Positions 10,851 through 23,544 are shown, counted from the whole stretch's first letter. The stretch is 61,825 nt of DNA, filler included, from Choristocarpus tenellus KU-1152 (GCA_964200185.2; 13 parts of 13 records of this genome joined end to end with filler, not necessarily neighbours in it), one strand, 5' to 3'. Program-made: numbers and translations. Notes: generated by a model from the letters alone, not told the origin.

Positions 10851-12134
10851 GCTCAATTCGAACCAATTGCGTTATGCCACTTTTGTTTCATCTGCACCAC
10901 CGAAAGTATACACGTCCAACAAACCGTCCAACTCCTCAAACATAGTCTCATCTCGTACCCCCCAGTACTCAGATTTTCGAGCCTCGGCATAAGGCAGTGG
11001 GGCCAAAAGGCTATGTGCTACACTTATCAAAGCCCTAGTGAGATCTTCATGACCTTGGACAACTGGTTTATGTCTGAATTGAGTCTAACCAGTGGGTAAC
11101 AGCCAGACCTTATCCAAGAATTCTTCTCTTCTACAGTAAAATAAAAGCAAACCCAATTCTTAAGATGACTCAACTCTATGCACTACCAGGCAGGGGATTT
11201 AGCATTATATTGCAGATGACGATGTCCATTGCCAGCATCCTGCGCTGTAGTGCGTTGAGTTGCATCAGCATATGTGATGGGTTTATCCCCTTCTCCACCG
11301 TAGAATCGAAAAAGAATAATTCTTGAAATGATCAATACTGTGACCCACTGTAGTGTGTTAGGCATACACCAGTCTTGCAAGGCCATGAAGAGTCCGCTAG
11401 GGCTTTGATGCATGTAGCACATAGGTTTGGGCCAAGATCAATGAGCGCAACATTGAGCACATGCTACAATTCTTTGGTCATTTTATTCAGCAAAAGACCT
11501 TCAGAAATCCACTACTGTTGCCGAAAGCTAATGGAGATCTTCAGCAGGTGGGGCCTCACTTTGGCCCTTAGCAAGAGCTGGTAGAATCCCTTCTTCTCGT
11601 GAAGAAATGAGGTTAGGGTTAGGGTTAGAAAGCTAAGATTCCAATATATTGTGTTGATGTATTGCTGGGCACATGCTAAGAGTGATAAAGACAGGTATGT
11701 TGCCAAATTTTGGAGAGGAAATCCTTATGGTGATTTTTTTCTATAGAATCACATAGCTCTGTAGACTTCAGGGCATGCAGCACCTAAAAAAATCATAAAC
11801 GTTTACTCTGATATGAGAAAGGTGGGGAATTCTGGTTGATCTTCTGGTGATAGGGTTGCTTATTACCCTCACTGGAGATTTTTTGACGAAACAAATGGAG
11901 TAGGGAGGTGCTTCCAGGGTTAGGGTTAGGGTTAGGCCCCTCCATACTCCATCTGGTTAATCAAAAGAGCTGTGGCGAGGATCATAAGCAACTTGGATGT
12001 CAGAAGTTTTACAGGCTCCCAAAGGTTGGGCATACCAACTGCCAACATGCCAACCACTAACAATTGTACCCTGACTCCATACATGCTCAACTAGAATTCT
12101 GCGATAAAGTTGGAAAATCTAGTCAAACTGTGAG

Positions 12135-12410
12135 TGTCCTCATGGCTCAAGCGGTTGAGGTGGCGGCCACCTACATAGATCTAGTTGGTTCAAATCCTTT
12201 GACTCCAGATCTTATTTTCACGGAAATCTGGTTTGATTAAGCTATTCCATGTGGCAGCCTCAAGGAATTGTACACCTGTAATATAATGCTCTGTCTGTGG
12301 AGATAACACAAAAACCTCAAACTAAGATCAAGCCAAGATCAAGGTAGAAAATTCGGAACGGGTCCAGCAAAAGATTTGATGAAGGAAACAGAGCAATGAG
12401 CAGTGGGAGT
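12135..12410 (+). mobile_element. tRNA-derived SINE-like element, family 1
   Basis: A-box-like tggctcaagcgg and B-box-like ggttcaaatcc; body homologous to 37585-37800. Confidence 0.7.
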
Positions 12411-12665
12411 GAGTGAAAGTATCTTAGGGTTAGGGTACGAGTTTTGCCCTGTTTGTCCGTTTGGGGCTTGGCTTCCCACGCTTTTTTTAATGTCTAATTA
12501 AGCCTTCCGAAGTAGGTAAAATGTGTACATTATGAAAAGGCGTGTCTGGAACAAAGGATATTGACACTTCCTAACAAACACAGTAGCCAAAATTACATCA
12601 AAGTCGCAACATTGGATTTTGGCCCCCAGATGGACAAGGCTCTACCCTCTAAGGTACTTGGGCTC
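12411..12665 (+). mobile_element. MITE family A with a telomere-repeat insertion in its left TIR
   Basis: Left TIR reads gagtgaaagtatcTTAGGGTTAGGGtac versus consensus atcttagagggtac. Confidence 0.9.
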
Positions 12666-13176
12666 GATGGTGAACCCATATGTGAGAAAAGAAACAAGAA
12701 ACAAGCCAGAAAAGAAAAGAAAAGAAGGCAATACAATTAGTTGTGCTAATAATAATAGTGCAACCTTCAGTCAGTATTTACAGCATGGGAAGTAATGCCA
12801 TGGGATCAAAGTATCTGGGGGGNNNNNNNNNNNNNNNNNNNNNNNNNNNNNNNNNNNNNNNNNNNNTTAATTAATTAANNNNNNNNNNNNNNNNNNNNNN
12901 NNNNNNNNNNNNNNNNNNNNNNTACCGAAACGAAATGGAGAGGTGGAGGGGGGTGGAGGGAGGGTAACGCAGTCCGTCGCACTACTGGTCCCATTGACTT
13001 AGAAATGGATTATGCTGGTTTTGCTCCGAAGCATCTGATCTTGTCGATTATTGAGATACCTCTCTGTTCCATAGGGGAAGGCAGTCACACATGGCTGCAT
13101 GCTGCCTGCCCCGGTGTGTGACTGCCTCCCCCCCAGTGAAACAGAGAGTTGTCTCGAACATTTGAGAGAACTACCG

Positions 13177-13356
13177 GGCTCAAAGTATCTGGGGGGGGGA
13201 GGGGTTCTACACCAGGGTGTCCATTTGGGCCCTGACCAGGAAAATTGCGCTTATATTATCCATCCGATGCATGCAACCAAATCACCCAAAATCGCGACAT
13301 GGAAAAAATTGTCCCCAAATGGACAGCCCCTATGCGCCCCCCAGATACTTTGAGCC
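13177..13356 (+). mobile_element. MITE family B (~180 bp), 4-bp TSD (accg)
   Basis: accg|ggctcaaagtatctgggg ... ccccagatactttgagcc|accg. Confidence 0.92.
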
Positions 13357-15316
13357 ACCGCATCAAGATGTCGATGGCATGTATCATTGGTGTGAATGTA
13401 TTCCTTTTTGTTGGGTGGGGTTGGCTTCTAGTGCTCCTTTTTCCAATGAGCTCTCATCTCATTTGTGAGTAGCTACCACCCACCGCCTGTGCCCTGTTGT
13501 TAACACTTTGAGCTGGGCACATCTTCTTTTGTGATTGTGTGTGTCTTGGGGATAGATTTGAGGAGCGCTCACTTGTCCTGAAAGGATTCATTCCTCTGTG
13601 TGTGGGAACAGGTGTATTATTTGAGGGGAACCAGGTTTGACAAAAAAAGAAGTGGTGGCATTGCTGTCATTTTTTCACTAATATGGCCTACACACATGCA
13701 CCTGCCTATGATCTCAATAACAACTTTCTTAGAGGTACGGCCTTTGTAATTGTGACTAAATTAGTGGAGGTGTGTAGGCTACATGTTGCATGGCGTGAAT
13801 ATCTCCAATCCTTATTGTTATTTTTCTCTCAATCAGTTGCTGCAGGGATTTCACAACCGGAACCTATTGTTTGTACAGTTAGGGAGGACATTCCGAGAGC
13901 TAGAATCATTGTTGGTGACCAGAAATATCGCACAAGGTAGGCTGTGCCTCCCATCACCCCGGAGAGTGCGGGAACGTATGTTAATGTTTTTGTTTATGTT
14001 AATGTTTTTGTTGCTAAATATTATTATTAATCATTATTGTTAATTGTCTCACTCTAGTCTGGAACTAGGAGGCAATACATCAACCCTATCTAGACTAGCC
14101 CTGAGTCACGGTCAGGTAGGTGCAACACGGTGTACTACTTCCAATTTAAACACCAATCGGAACGGTAGTGATGGTTCGTGCAGGTGGTCAAGTGATATCC
14201 TCCCAAAGGAACAGATTGGAGGAGAGGGGGGAGCCACCGTCGAGTTCCTCGTGAAGAACAAGCCACGTTGGACATGTCAATGCCAGCAATCCGTCAAGCA
14301 CAACCCCAAGTGCATTTAAAACAGAGAGGCGTTCCTTCCATAAGGTAGTCGCTACGGTGTGATAGGCTAAACTACAGCGCATTGACACCTATCTCTACAA
14401 TACGGCTCCATCCCTGTCATTTTGGTAGGAGACTTTTAAAGAGGCGAATGCGCTCCTTGTCATGGTTGGAAAATAATTATTAATAATGACATTCTCTCGA
14501 GATTTTTTTGTCACACTCTCACTGAAATGACAGCGTTTTAGAGTACCTAGAAATTTACTTTCCGAGACTGACAGTTACGCCTACTCTCTAAATACGTGTT
14601 CCGAACAGTGACGATTACGAACTGATGCTCTAAAACCAACCACACTACAGTTACCGCGAAAGACGCTCTCCCCAACAGGACTTAGGTCCAAGAATCACAT
14701 GCCCTCTCAGACATGAAGTCTTGGCAGGTCTTCCTCAGCAGGAATCGTTCAATGAGTTGTGTATTACCATGGATCAAACACGGTTTTTCCCATCTCATTT
14801 TCGACTCCATTCCCTGCACTATAATAGTGGTAAGCACTTAACCTTGTCCGTGTTCGCACACAAGACCTCTGCGTAGATAAGTCTCTCAATCGGAAGGATG
14901 AACAAGCGACTACACAAATAAATAAGAGTTGAGTCTTGTTTATTATTATCCGTGTGCCTCAACTCAAATCACTCCACCCCCGCCTTACAATGGACTTACG
15001 GTGATCCCTCTCAAACTGCCCCCTCCAGGGTCCAGTAGTAAATAGGCAACAACAGCAACAAGAGTATGCCAAAAACCAAACACATTTATTTCGAGAGTCA
15101 CGGTACTACTCATAATGTTATTAAATTCACAGACCTATTTCTACCACGAGGAGCCGATCAAACCTGATCCCACCCCCCTTGCCCCTCCTCTCACAAAGTA
15201 GGGCCACCCCAGCCTACATCAGCACCATCCCGCCTTACTGTTTTTCTTGTCCCTATCATGAGCGAGGCCTGCCTGGGTGAAAACATGGGGGGCTTGGGGC
15301 TAGGGGAAGGGACATA

Positions 15317-16340
15317 TCATGCGATCTGAGGCTGGAACTCGTCTATCTTGTCAAGCAACGTCTTGGAGTAGTTAGGGCTGTAGTACTCTACTATCTCAGG
15401 GGGGTAGCATCCATTGATTGCCCGAATGAATTCCTCTAGCTTTCCTCCCACCGTCTCATTCAGCTCCTGCGTTATGGTGCAATGTGCAAGGGGGGTAGGG
15501 TGAGGGTACGAGCCTGTTGGGGATCTGTTTTAGACTGCCAATAGGAGACTGGAAAGTGCAGAGGAATTGTCCAGCAGGGGGGCGGTGGCTAGGGTTAGGG
15601 TTAGGGTTAGGGTTAGGGGTGGCGCAGGAAATTGAGCCAGATCAATTGAGGTAGTCGGCAGGGTTGAGCTCGATGGTTCCCTAAGAAAATGACCACAAGA
15701 GGTACAAGATAGGTAGGTGTGCCCTTTTGTACAGTGGCAGAAATAACCATTTGCTTTTAATTACGGAGTCAACTTGTGCGTGGAAAAACCGGGAACGTCA
15801 ATTTTGCGTACACTATTAGTGCGTATTAAAAAAAAAAAAGCACTGGAATAGAGTCTCTATTCCACAGGGTAAGAAAGATGGCTTAGTTAGTGTGGGCAAA
15901 AAGGGTCCGAACCTGCCTACCCCTCGATTGGCTTGACTCTGTAAAGATCAGCACACCCGACTGACTGTGGACGGGGCTGCCCTTTGGAGATTAATACAAC
16001 AGAGCATGTACCATGCGGATGAGGGGAACACGATTGATACCCCCTACACTAGAATTCTATCGTTGAGAGTGGCCGTTGTTCAATAAAGATTACTGCTATT
16101 ATTATTATTCTATTAAGAGAGGAACCACCGTGGTATATTTCTCTTCTCTTTCGCTATTACGATCGCATCCCGTTCTTTTTTCACCCCCCTCTTGTCAACA
16201 CTCACCTGCAGGAACTGCAAACCCCCGTTTTGCACAAATGCCCGGCGCGCCTCAACGTCGTGAGGAAGGAGCTGTGCAAACTGTCGTAGTACATACTTTT
16301 GCACCTTGACAGGGGAGTCTCGCAGAAGCGGCTGAAGGGC
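15317..16340 (-). CDS. SPAG6: Sperm-associated antigen 6 / central-pair armadillo protein PF16, last two exons (16340-16206, 15466-15317)
   Basis: ALQPLLRDSPVKVQKYVLRQFAQLLPHDVEARRAFVQNGGLQFLQ|ELNETVGGKLEEFIRAINGCYPPEIVEYYSPNYSKTLLDKIDEF; canonical GT-AG sites. Confidence 0.93.
15590..15618 (+). repeat. Interstitial telomeric repeat (TTAGGG)n; other tracts at 11611, 11917, 12424, 31031, 31143, 35813, 48257 and 60769
   Basis: 2-5 perfect TTAGGG/CCCTAA units at each site. Confidence 0.92.
15619..16110 (+). mobile_element. SINE-like family 2 in the PF16 intron, with aataaa and (tat)n tail
   Basis: Degenerate tggcgcag head, homology to 4390-4800, 3' caataaagattactgctattattattatt. Confidence 0.6.
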
Positions 16341-16346
16341 CTGAAT

Positions 16347-16385
<39 letters not shown>

Positions 16386-16515
16386 AGAGGGAGGAGAAAG
16401 GAAAATGAAGGGAAGNNNNNNNNNNNNNNNNNNNNNNNNNNNNNNNNNNNNNNNNNNNNTTAATTAATTAANNNNNNNNNNNNNNNNNNNNNNNNNNNNN
16501 NNNNNNNNNNNNNNN

Positions 16516-19500
16516 AATACACGTTCTACTAGCGTACGAGCAATTGTTGTGGCCTCTTTATTTGGAACAGGGCTCAGCACAACAAAACGAGCGAGGTGGT
16601 CAATGGCAGACAACACATACGAGCACATGACACCATTTGCTGCTGGGGAACGTGTTTTGTACTCTACCAAATAATATAGCAACACGTTGAAATGGTCTGT
16701 CAACGGGCATATGGCCAGTGGGAAGCGTAGGCTTCTTACGAGCAGTCTTACGTGTTTGGCATGCTTGACAATCACGACACCATGTACGAACGTCAATATT
16801 GGATGTTGGCCACCAATACGAGCCTCTAGCCTTATTGAACGTGAGTTTGAAACCTAAGTGGCCTCCAGACAATGCATGGTCATGGCAAGCAGCATGGAGT
16901 ACAAGACGGACTAACGAGTAAGGAACGACCAACTGGTCTCTAAATGTGCTCCTCTTACCAAGATGGCCAGGTAAATACGAACGATACACTAAGCCATTAT
17001 GAAGGAAAAAATACGACATGGACGTCGTTCATTCCTTATCAGGAGGTGGGGCGACGTTGGGGGACTGCAAATACCTGAAATATGGTCCGAACTCGGATTC
17101 CTGCTCCTTGCGCAATTGCTCCTGGTCCACTGAACGAAACACGGTAGGGGAACTAGTAAATAGTTCACGATCACTTTAGACGGGCGTTGCTTAGTCAAGG
17201 TTAGAAGCAGATAACTCATATTCCTTTTCAACACGTGTGGTAAATGCACTACAACCTTCAGGCACATTACGACAGATTGGTGCCAGCATTGGAGCAACGG
17301 ATTTCTCCTGTTCCTTAAACTTGAAAATACGAGATAGAGTATCAGGTATAACATTGAGCTTACCGGACTTATGTTTGACTGTGAAATCATAAGCTTGAAG
17401 AGCAATAGCCCAACGAGTAAGCATGTTACTGGTATCCTGCATTTCTATAAAAGTAACACAATGTGGCATGATCTGTGATGCAGGTAAAGCGTCTACCCCA
17501 AAGATACATCCGCTAATGAGTGATAGCTGTAACGACTGCATAACACTCTCTTAATGTAGCTGAATAGTGACGTTGAGCTTCATTCAATTTCTTGCTGAAG
17601 TATGCAATGATACCTAGGTCAGCAGGATTATCGGGTCGAGGTTGTGCTAAAAACCCTCCAGCACCACTCTCACTGGCATTAACATGGACGATGAATTCTT
17701 TGGTAAAGTCAGGGAATACGATAACTGGGGCGACAGTGAGTAATTGTTTTACTTTTAAAAATGCCACATCCTGGTCCAATCCCCATTCTTTATCCACTCT
17801 CTTATTGACTCCTTTCTTAGTGAGATGAACTAACGGTTCGATTACTGTGGCTAAGTTGGGTGTGAATTTACGCACAAAGTTAATCATACCTAGGACAGAT
17901 CGAAGTTCTTTGATGGTGGTGGGTCTGGATAATTCAGTGATTGCACGAACACGATCTTCACCGATACGAATTCCTTCAGACGATAAAATGTGACCCAGGT
18001 AACGTACTTCTTTAGGTACAAATTGGATCTTAGACGGTTTCAAGGTTAAACCTGCTGCTTGTAAAGCTTTGAATTGCTGTTCTAGTAAGTGTAGATGTCC
18101 GTCCCATGTGGGAGAACAAGCAATAAGATCATCCATGTGAACTATCAACCCACTCAGTGGACCAAAATTTGCAAAGGCTAAGGACACGATTCTTTGAAAT
18201 TGCCAAGGGGCAATTTGATATCCCAAAGGGCATCCTCTTATAAACCTATTTGCCTCAGGACGTGACAAAAGCGGTTTAATCAATGTCATCCTCAGCAACA
18301 GGAATCTGCCAATATGCACTCTGAATATCACAAACGGTGATAAATTTTGCACTCGTATCAATATGAGACCCCATATCAGGCGTAGGCCAAGTCTGTCGAA
18401 CAAGGTATTTATTAACAGTTGACCTATAGTCCACATAGAATCGTGGGGTGCCATCAGATTTGGCCATAATAGTAATAGGACTACCCCAAGGGCTGACACG
18501 TTTTTCAATAATGCTTTGCTCTTCCATAGTATTGACACACGAGTCAATTATTTCTTGAGTACGGGGGGTTGCTCTGTAAGGGTTCCTGTCAACAGGTTTT
18601 GTACCAGGCTCTATAGGAATTTCTGCTTCAGCTAGAGTACATCTGCCTAGTTCTGCTGCATTCAACGAAAATACCGATCTATAACGAGCACAGAGGTCTA
18701 AGAGCTGAGAAACTTGTGACTGATTGAACGTGGTATCTTTGAATGCATTTGACTTGGTGAAGGCTTGATTTAACTCCTCTCTAGCTTTACTGAATGGAGC
18801 AGAATCAGTATTTTGAGCACTAACAAGTAATTGGTATCTGATCAGAAATTGGGGTTGAGTGACCTATCACAAGATGCTTCTTGATACGTATTTTCCGTGT
18901 TGTTGAACCAATGAGTGAAAGTATCTTAGAGGGTACGAAGTTTTCCTTGTTTGTCCATTTGGGGCTTGGCTTCCCATGGGTTTTTATATGACATTTGCCT
19001 ACTCCAAAATGATTAGGAGTAGGTAAAATGTATACTTTATTAAAAGTTTGGTCCGAAACATAGATATTGACACTTCCTAACAAACACGATAGTCAAAATT
19101 ACATCAAAATCGTAACATTGGATTTTGACCCCCCCCCATGGACGCGGCTCTACCCTCTAAGATACTTTGGCTCCAATACTGATCTATTACTTGCTGACCA
19201 AGTACTGAGGGTACGAGCAGCTACGTTACGATCCCATGGGTGTGTAGGTTCAGTGGTTTGATCTACAGTAGGCATGGAGTGTATGACTGGCTCCACTACC
19301 ACGGCAGTATCCAACGACGGACTAGTATCAGTTGTGCAACGTACAATGACTTCATGACCAGGTGGTATGTTATACTGTTTATGTACACGAACGGGTACAG
19401 GGTCAAAACCATTTTGCACACTCACCACAGAGCACGAAGGAGTGGTACTTGTATCACGTACTTGAGTGGGGCTCCTTGTCATGTGATGTCTTGCTGAAAT

Positions 19501-19930
19501 GGTGCACGAACTGTTGTGGAATGAAAGACATTGTTCTTGCCAACCAAGGATTGCACTGAAGGCCTGCATAACACTATTATCAAGCAGAATTTTATCGGGA
19601 CCAAGTTGAGGAATCACTAAAGCTTCAGCTGGCAATGTGGTGTCACCAAGTATAAGTGCAAAACGAATAAATCCACGGATATGCTATGGTGAACCATTTG
19701 CTGTACGTAGATTCATTGCACCAGGTTGGACAGGATGCACATCAAAACGTTTCAGTTGAGGGTGATTGTGAACAAATATTTCTGAAATACATGGTACATC
19801 ACTAGCTGTGTCAATGGTCAAGTCATTTTCTTTTTGTTCTTCAACGGTGCCAGATACACGAACCCTTTGTGTGAAAACGATAAGGGTTTGGGCATGGATG
19901 GGTATCTGCACAAAGAACTGTTGAACCAAG
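16516..19930 (-). mobile_element. Ty3/Gypsy LTR retrotransposon pol (PR-RT-RH-IN), frameshifted
   Basis: Protease IDTASDV; RT SPWGSPI...DIQSAYWQI and VHMDDLI; RNase H VNASESGAG, YSATLRECYAV; integrase HDHALSGGHLG...CRDCQAC. Confidence 0.95.
18913..19173 (+). mobile_element. MITE family A nested in Gypsy pol, 4-bp TSD (caat)
   Basis: caat|gagtgaaagtatcttagagggta ... taccctctaagatactttggctc|caat. Confidence 0.95.
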
Positions 19931-19931
19931 T

Positions 19932-20188
19932 GACCCAAAGTATCTTAGAGGGTAGGGCCGCGTCCATTTTGGGGCCAAAATCCATTTTGCGATTTTGATG
20001 TAATTTTGGCTATCGTGTTTGTTAGGAAGTTTCAGTATCCTTGTCCCCAACACACCTTTTCATAACGTATAAATTTTACCTACTCCAAAACATTTGGAGT
20101 TGGAAAATGTCATATAAAAACCCATGGGAAGCCAAGCCCCAAATGGACGAACAGGGCAAAACTCGTACCCTCTAAGATACTTTTACTC
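19932..20188 (-). mobile_element. MITE family A, inverted, no TSD
   Basis: gacccaaagtatcttagagggta ... taccctctaagatacttttactc. Confidence 0.9.
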
Positions 20189-20199
20189 TCTGGCAATTC

Positions 20200-20735
20200 A
20201 TCACTGGAGACCATACATTTGGGATATAGACATTTCACAGTTGTTAGGTATTATTCAGCCTTACAGTGGCCGCATACTATGCAAGACATGTCCAATCTGT
20301 TAACTGGGTGGGTCCTATTTCTGCAAAGTTTTGATTTTACCATCATCCTTCATAAGCCTGGCAGATTACAATACATCCCTGATATGTTATCACGTCTTCA
20401 ACTGGAAGAGTTCTGTAAAGATGAATCTGAACCAGCACACCTAACCCCTTTATGTCGAAATGTGGGAGCAGAAACCACTAATGCAACTTCTCAAGCAAGT
20501 AAAGTATATTCAGCTTATGAATTATCTGTGAATCGATTAGGTTAAATCACTAGGGTAGCAAATGACTCAGACCTCTTCGTTAGCTCCATCAATGTTATTC
20601 CAGCAATTGATATTGAAGTTCTAACCAAAGCCCAACATGATCAGTTTGTAGCATATTCCAAATACCTGACAGACTCTAGTAATGTAACATTACCCAATAA
20701 GGAAACGGCCTATACCATGTCATTTTTTCTTTCAT
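20200..20735 (+). mobile_element. Second Gypsy RNase H C-terminal/linker fragment, opposite orientation
   Basis: MQDMSNLLTGWVLFLQSFDFTIILHKPGRLQYIPDMLSRL...PLCRNV parallels MQDTSNMLTRWAIALQAYDFTVKHKSGKLNVIPDTLSRI...PICRNV at ~17270-17440. Confidence 0.85.
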
Positions 20736-20868
20736 ATGAGAGAGACCCAAAGTATCTGGGAGGGGGGGNNNNNNNNNNNNNNNNNNNNNNNNNNNNNNNN
20801 NNNNNNNNNNNNTTAATTAATTAANNNNNNNNNNNNNNNNNNNNNNNNNNNNNNNNNNNNNNNNNNNN

Positions 20869-23544
20869 CCCCCCTCCTCCACCACCTCCCCCCCAAACAA
20901 AGAGACCACCTGCTGTACCCCCACCGCCACCTGCCCCACCAAGGGGCACATCAACTGTGGGTATCCCAGCCCTCCCACCTAAGGCTGAAAGTCGTCCTGT
21001 TGTGCCACAAGCACCACCTCCTCCACCTCCTATTCCTCCTCAAAATCGCCCTGCTCCTCCACGGGCACTCCCTCCTCCTCCACCAAGTGCACCTTCAGCT
21101 TACCGCCCATTTGATGATCCCATGGCCTCTGCACATGAGGAGCCCCCTCCCATGAAAGATTTCGCTAGGCGTCCAAGCTACGAGGCATGGGATGTATCTA
21201 TTCAGCCTCCTCCCCCACAGGCTCTTCCACCAGCACCTGAGGTGACGGCAATGTGGGAAGAGGAGTCCTCAGTTGGACTAGGATCAGGACCACCTGCAGT
21301 ACCTCCTCCACCTTCACGGTTCTCTCAAGAGCAGGTTTGTGTTGTGCAACCTCTCCTGTTTCCAACCTGCTCCTTTATTTTCTTATTGAGTTGTGTCCAT
21401 TGCATTACATATTTTTATATCGCTGCAGCACATGTCTCTCTGAACAGGAGAAATAACACTATGTTAGGAGTGTCTTCACGTGTTGAAACTCCCACCATCT
21501 TTCCTTGCCCTCGGCAGGCATTCCCACCAACTGTTCTGGATCATCGTGAGGCAGCAGGCATACCTGCGCCTCCTCCGCTTCCCATGGGTGCCCCTCCCAT
21601 CCCACCACCGGTACTATGAGAGTGTGACATGATGTTCATGTTGACTATTTAGTCGTTGCAAAAAAAATCCAACTGTGTATTGCAAGGTGATCTGAAGTCA
21701 AGCTCTTGCACAATTTTTTTTTTCACTCACTTTGTTGCTACATTGCTGTTAATACTGTTAATACTGTTTGACAGCTACCTGCTGCACATGGGCCCAGTCA
21801 GCCACCACTACCGCCACCTCTACCGCCATCTCTACCATCAAATGCTGCTGGTGCTGCCCCTGGTGGGAAGGAAGCTCTTCTTGCGAGCATAACAGAGGGA
21901 AGGAAGCTAAAAAAGGTTGAACGGTCCTCTGATGTTGGTGGTGACGGCTCAGGCGGCAATGAGCTTCTTTCAGCTATCAGGTGGGGTGCAGTAGTTACTA
22001 GAACTATTTTTGTAGTATCTGTTTATTTGTCATGTCAAGAGAGGTTTAGTTGTGACAAACCCTCGCAGGTCATATCAAGTTGTGCTGTTTTTTCGATAGA
22101 GATCTGTCCTAAGGACACTCATTTTGCTCACAGAGGGATTCACTTTTTTTTATCCATAGTTAGCGTTAGTTGATTTAGGGGCTGTTGGGACTGAGGTAAG
22201 CGTCTGAGGGATGTTTTGTGGTAGTTGTGGGAGTGTTGATTTGTTAGCCCTGTAGCACCTTTTAGCACTCTGCTGCACTGTCCAGATTCTTTGCCATATT
22301 GCTCTGGTTGTTTTGATTTTCCTTTCTCATTATTTTAACATACTTTCATTCTACACTGCAAGTGCTAGACCCCAAAAGTGTGTGTTAAGTATGTAGCTGT
22401 GTAACTGTGTAACTGTCAGAATAGCGAGTAGGGTGGATTTTTTTTTTTCAAGAGTTCCAAACCAGGCAATGCTCAGTGCTTCCAATCAAGTTGTACCTAT
22501 TCTTGTTAACCCAGACCACGTCTAAAAAGGTTGATGAGTTTTTTTTCATTTTTTTGTCAAGGATAGAGTAGCCTTGCTTGTTACTTTCAGAATAGCTTCA
22601 AAGTTTTGTTGTTGAACTCACTCAGTTCAAGTCACAGCAATTTCAGAAAGTACTATTGTGTGCTGTGCTTGCATGATACAGTGGAAGACCATTGGTAGTG
22701 AAAGGTGTGTGGGGATGAGATAGATACCTTGTGCATGCAAGTATGACACATCTCTGCTGTGAGCAAGTGATTCTCATGGTTGATTGATTGGTGTGCCTTT
22801 TCCTTGTGGTGGGGAAGGTAACAATCACTAATCATGAATTGCATCTGTCTCTTTGATAGGACCATCTCTTCTTGTACTCAAAGGTTGGCTTGACAGAGCC
22901 TATTGCTATAAATATGATAACATAACCCTAACACTAGTCAACTATTCAGGAGTGGAGCAAAACTGAAGAAAGTGGAGGTGGCTGCCCCAGCGGCCCCTGC
23001 TGCAAATCCCCTTTTGAGCGGAAACCCTGGTATCAACGAGATTTTAGCAAGGTGAGCTACATTGATGGGTGTATGGGCAGTAGGAGCCTTCCATACTTGG
23101 ACACCAGTTGTGCTTTGTCTTCTTGAGCTTTAAATATCATGATGGATACTTCTGCCCTATATTTTCTCATCTGTTCCTTGTAGTTGTGTGTGTTGGGTCT
23201 TCCAAATGTCGATTATTACTTGAGTTTATGAAGATATATATATATATATAGATTCTTGTGTATATAGAATGTGTTAACGTTAGATACTAGTGCCTCCTTC
23301 CAGTATCAGATTGGATGTGAGAAGAGAGAGAGAGAGATCACCTTGGCTTCCACACAAAAAATAATTCCTCAAATGCATTATTGCCCTTTTCTAATGCCTT
23401 GATATTTTTGTTAACTTAGTTTGTAAAAACGTTTAATCTTTATGCTCCCTCTGTTGTGACTTTGTTGTCTGACAAATCAGGCGGAAGTACCTTGAAGCAG
23501 AGAGTGAGGAATCAACAGATGACTCAGACTGGGATGAAGACTAA
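20869..23544 (+). CDS. WASP-family (SCAR/WAVE-like) actin nucleation-promoting factor, C-terminal part; exons <20869-21334, 21518-21610, 21775-21980, 22950-23051, 23481-23544
   Basis: Polyproline region, two WH2 motifs (EALLASITEGRKLKKV; ELLSAIRSGAKLKKV), central helix INEILARRK, acidic tail ESEESTDDSDWDED*; GT-AG phases are consistent. Confidence 0.88.

Noticed and set aside
12135-12205. tRNA gene
   Set aside because: A/B-box-like motifs are present but I could not fold a convincing cloverleaf, and it continues into a dispersed repeat body, so a SINE is more likely
16349-16383. Long poly-G runs at contig ends as G-quadruplex elements (also 5673-5710)
   Set aside because: Run lengths next to assembly breaks are unreliable, and no function is supportable
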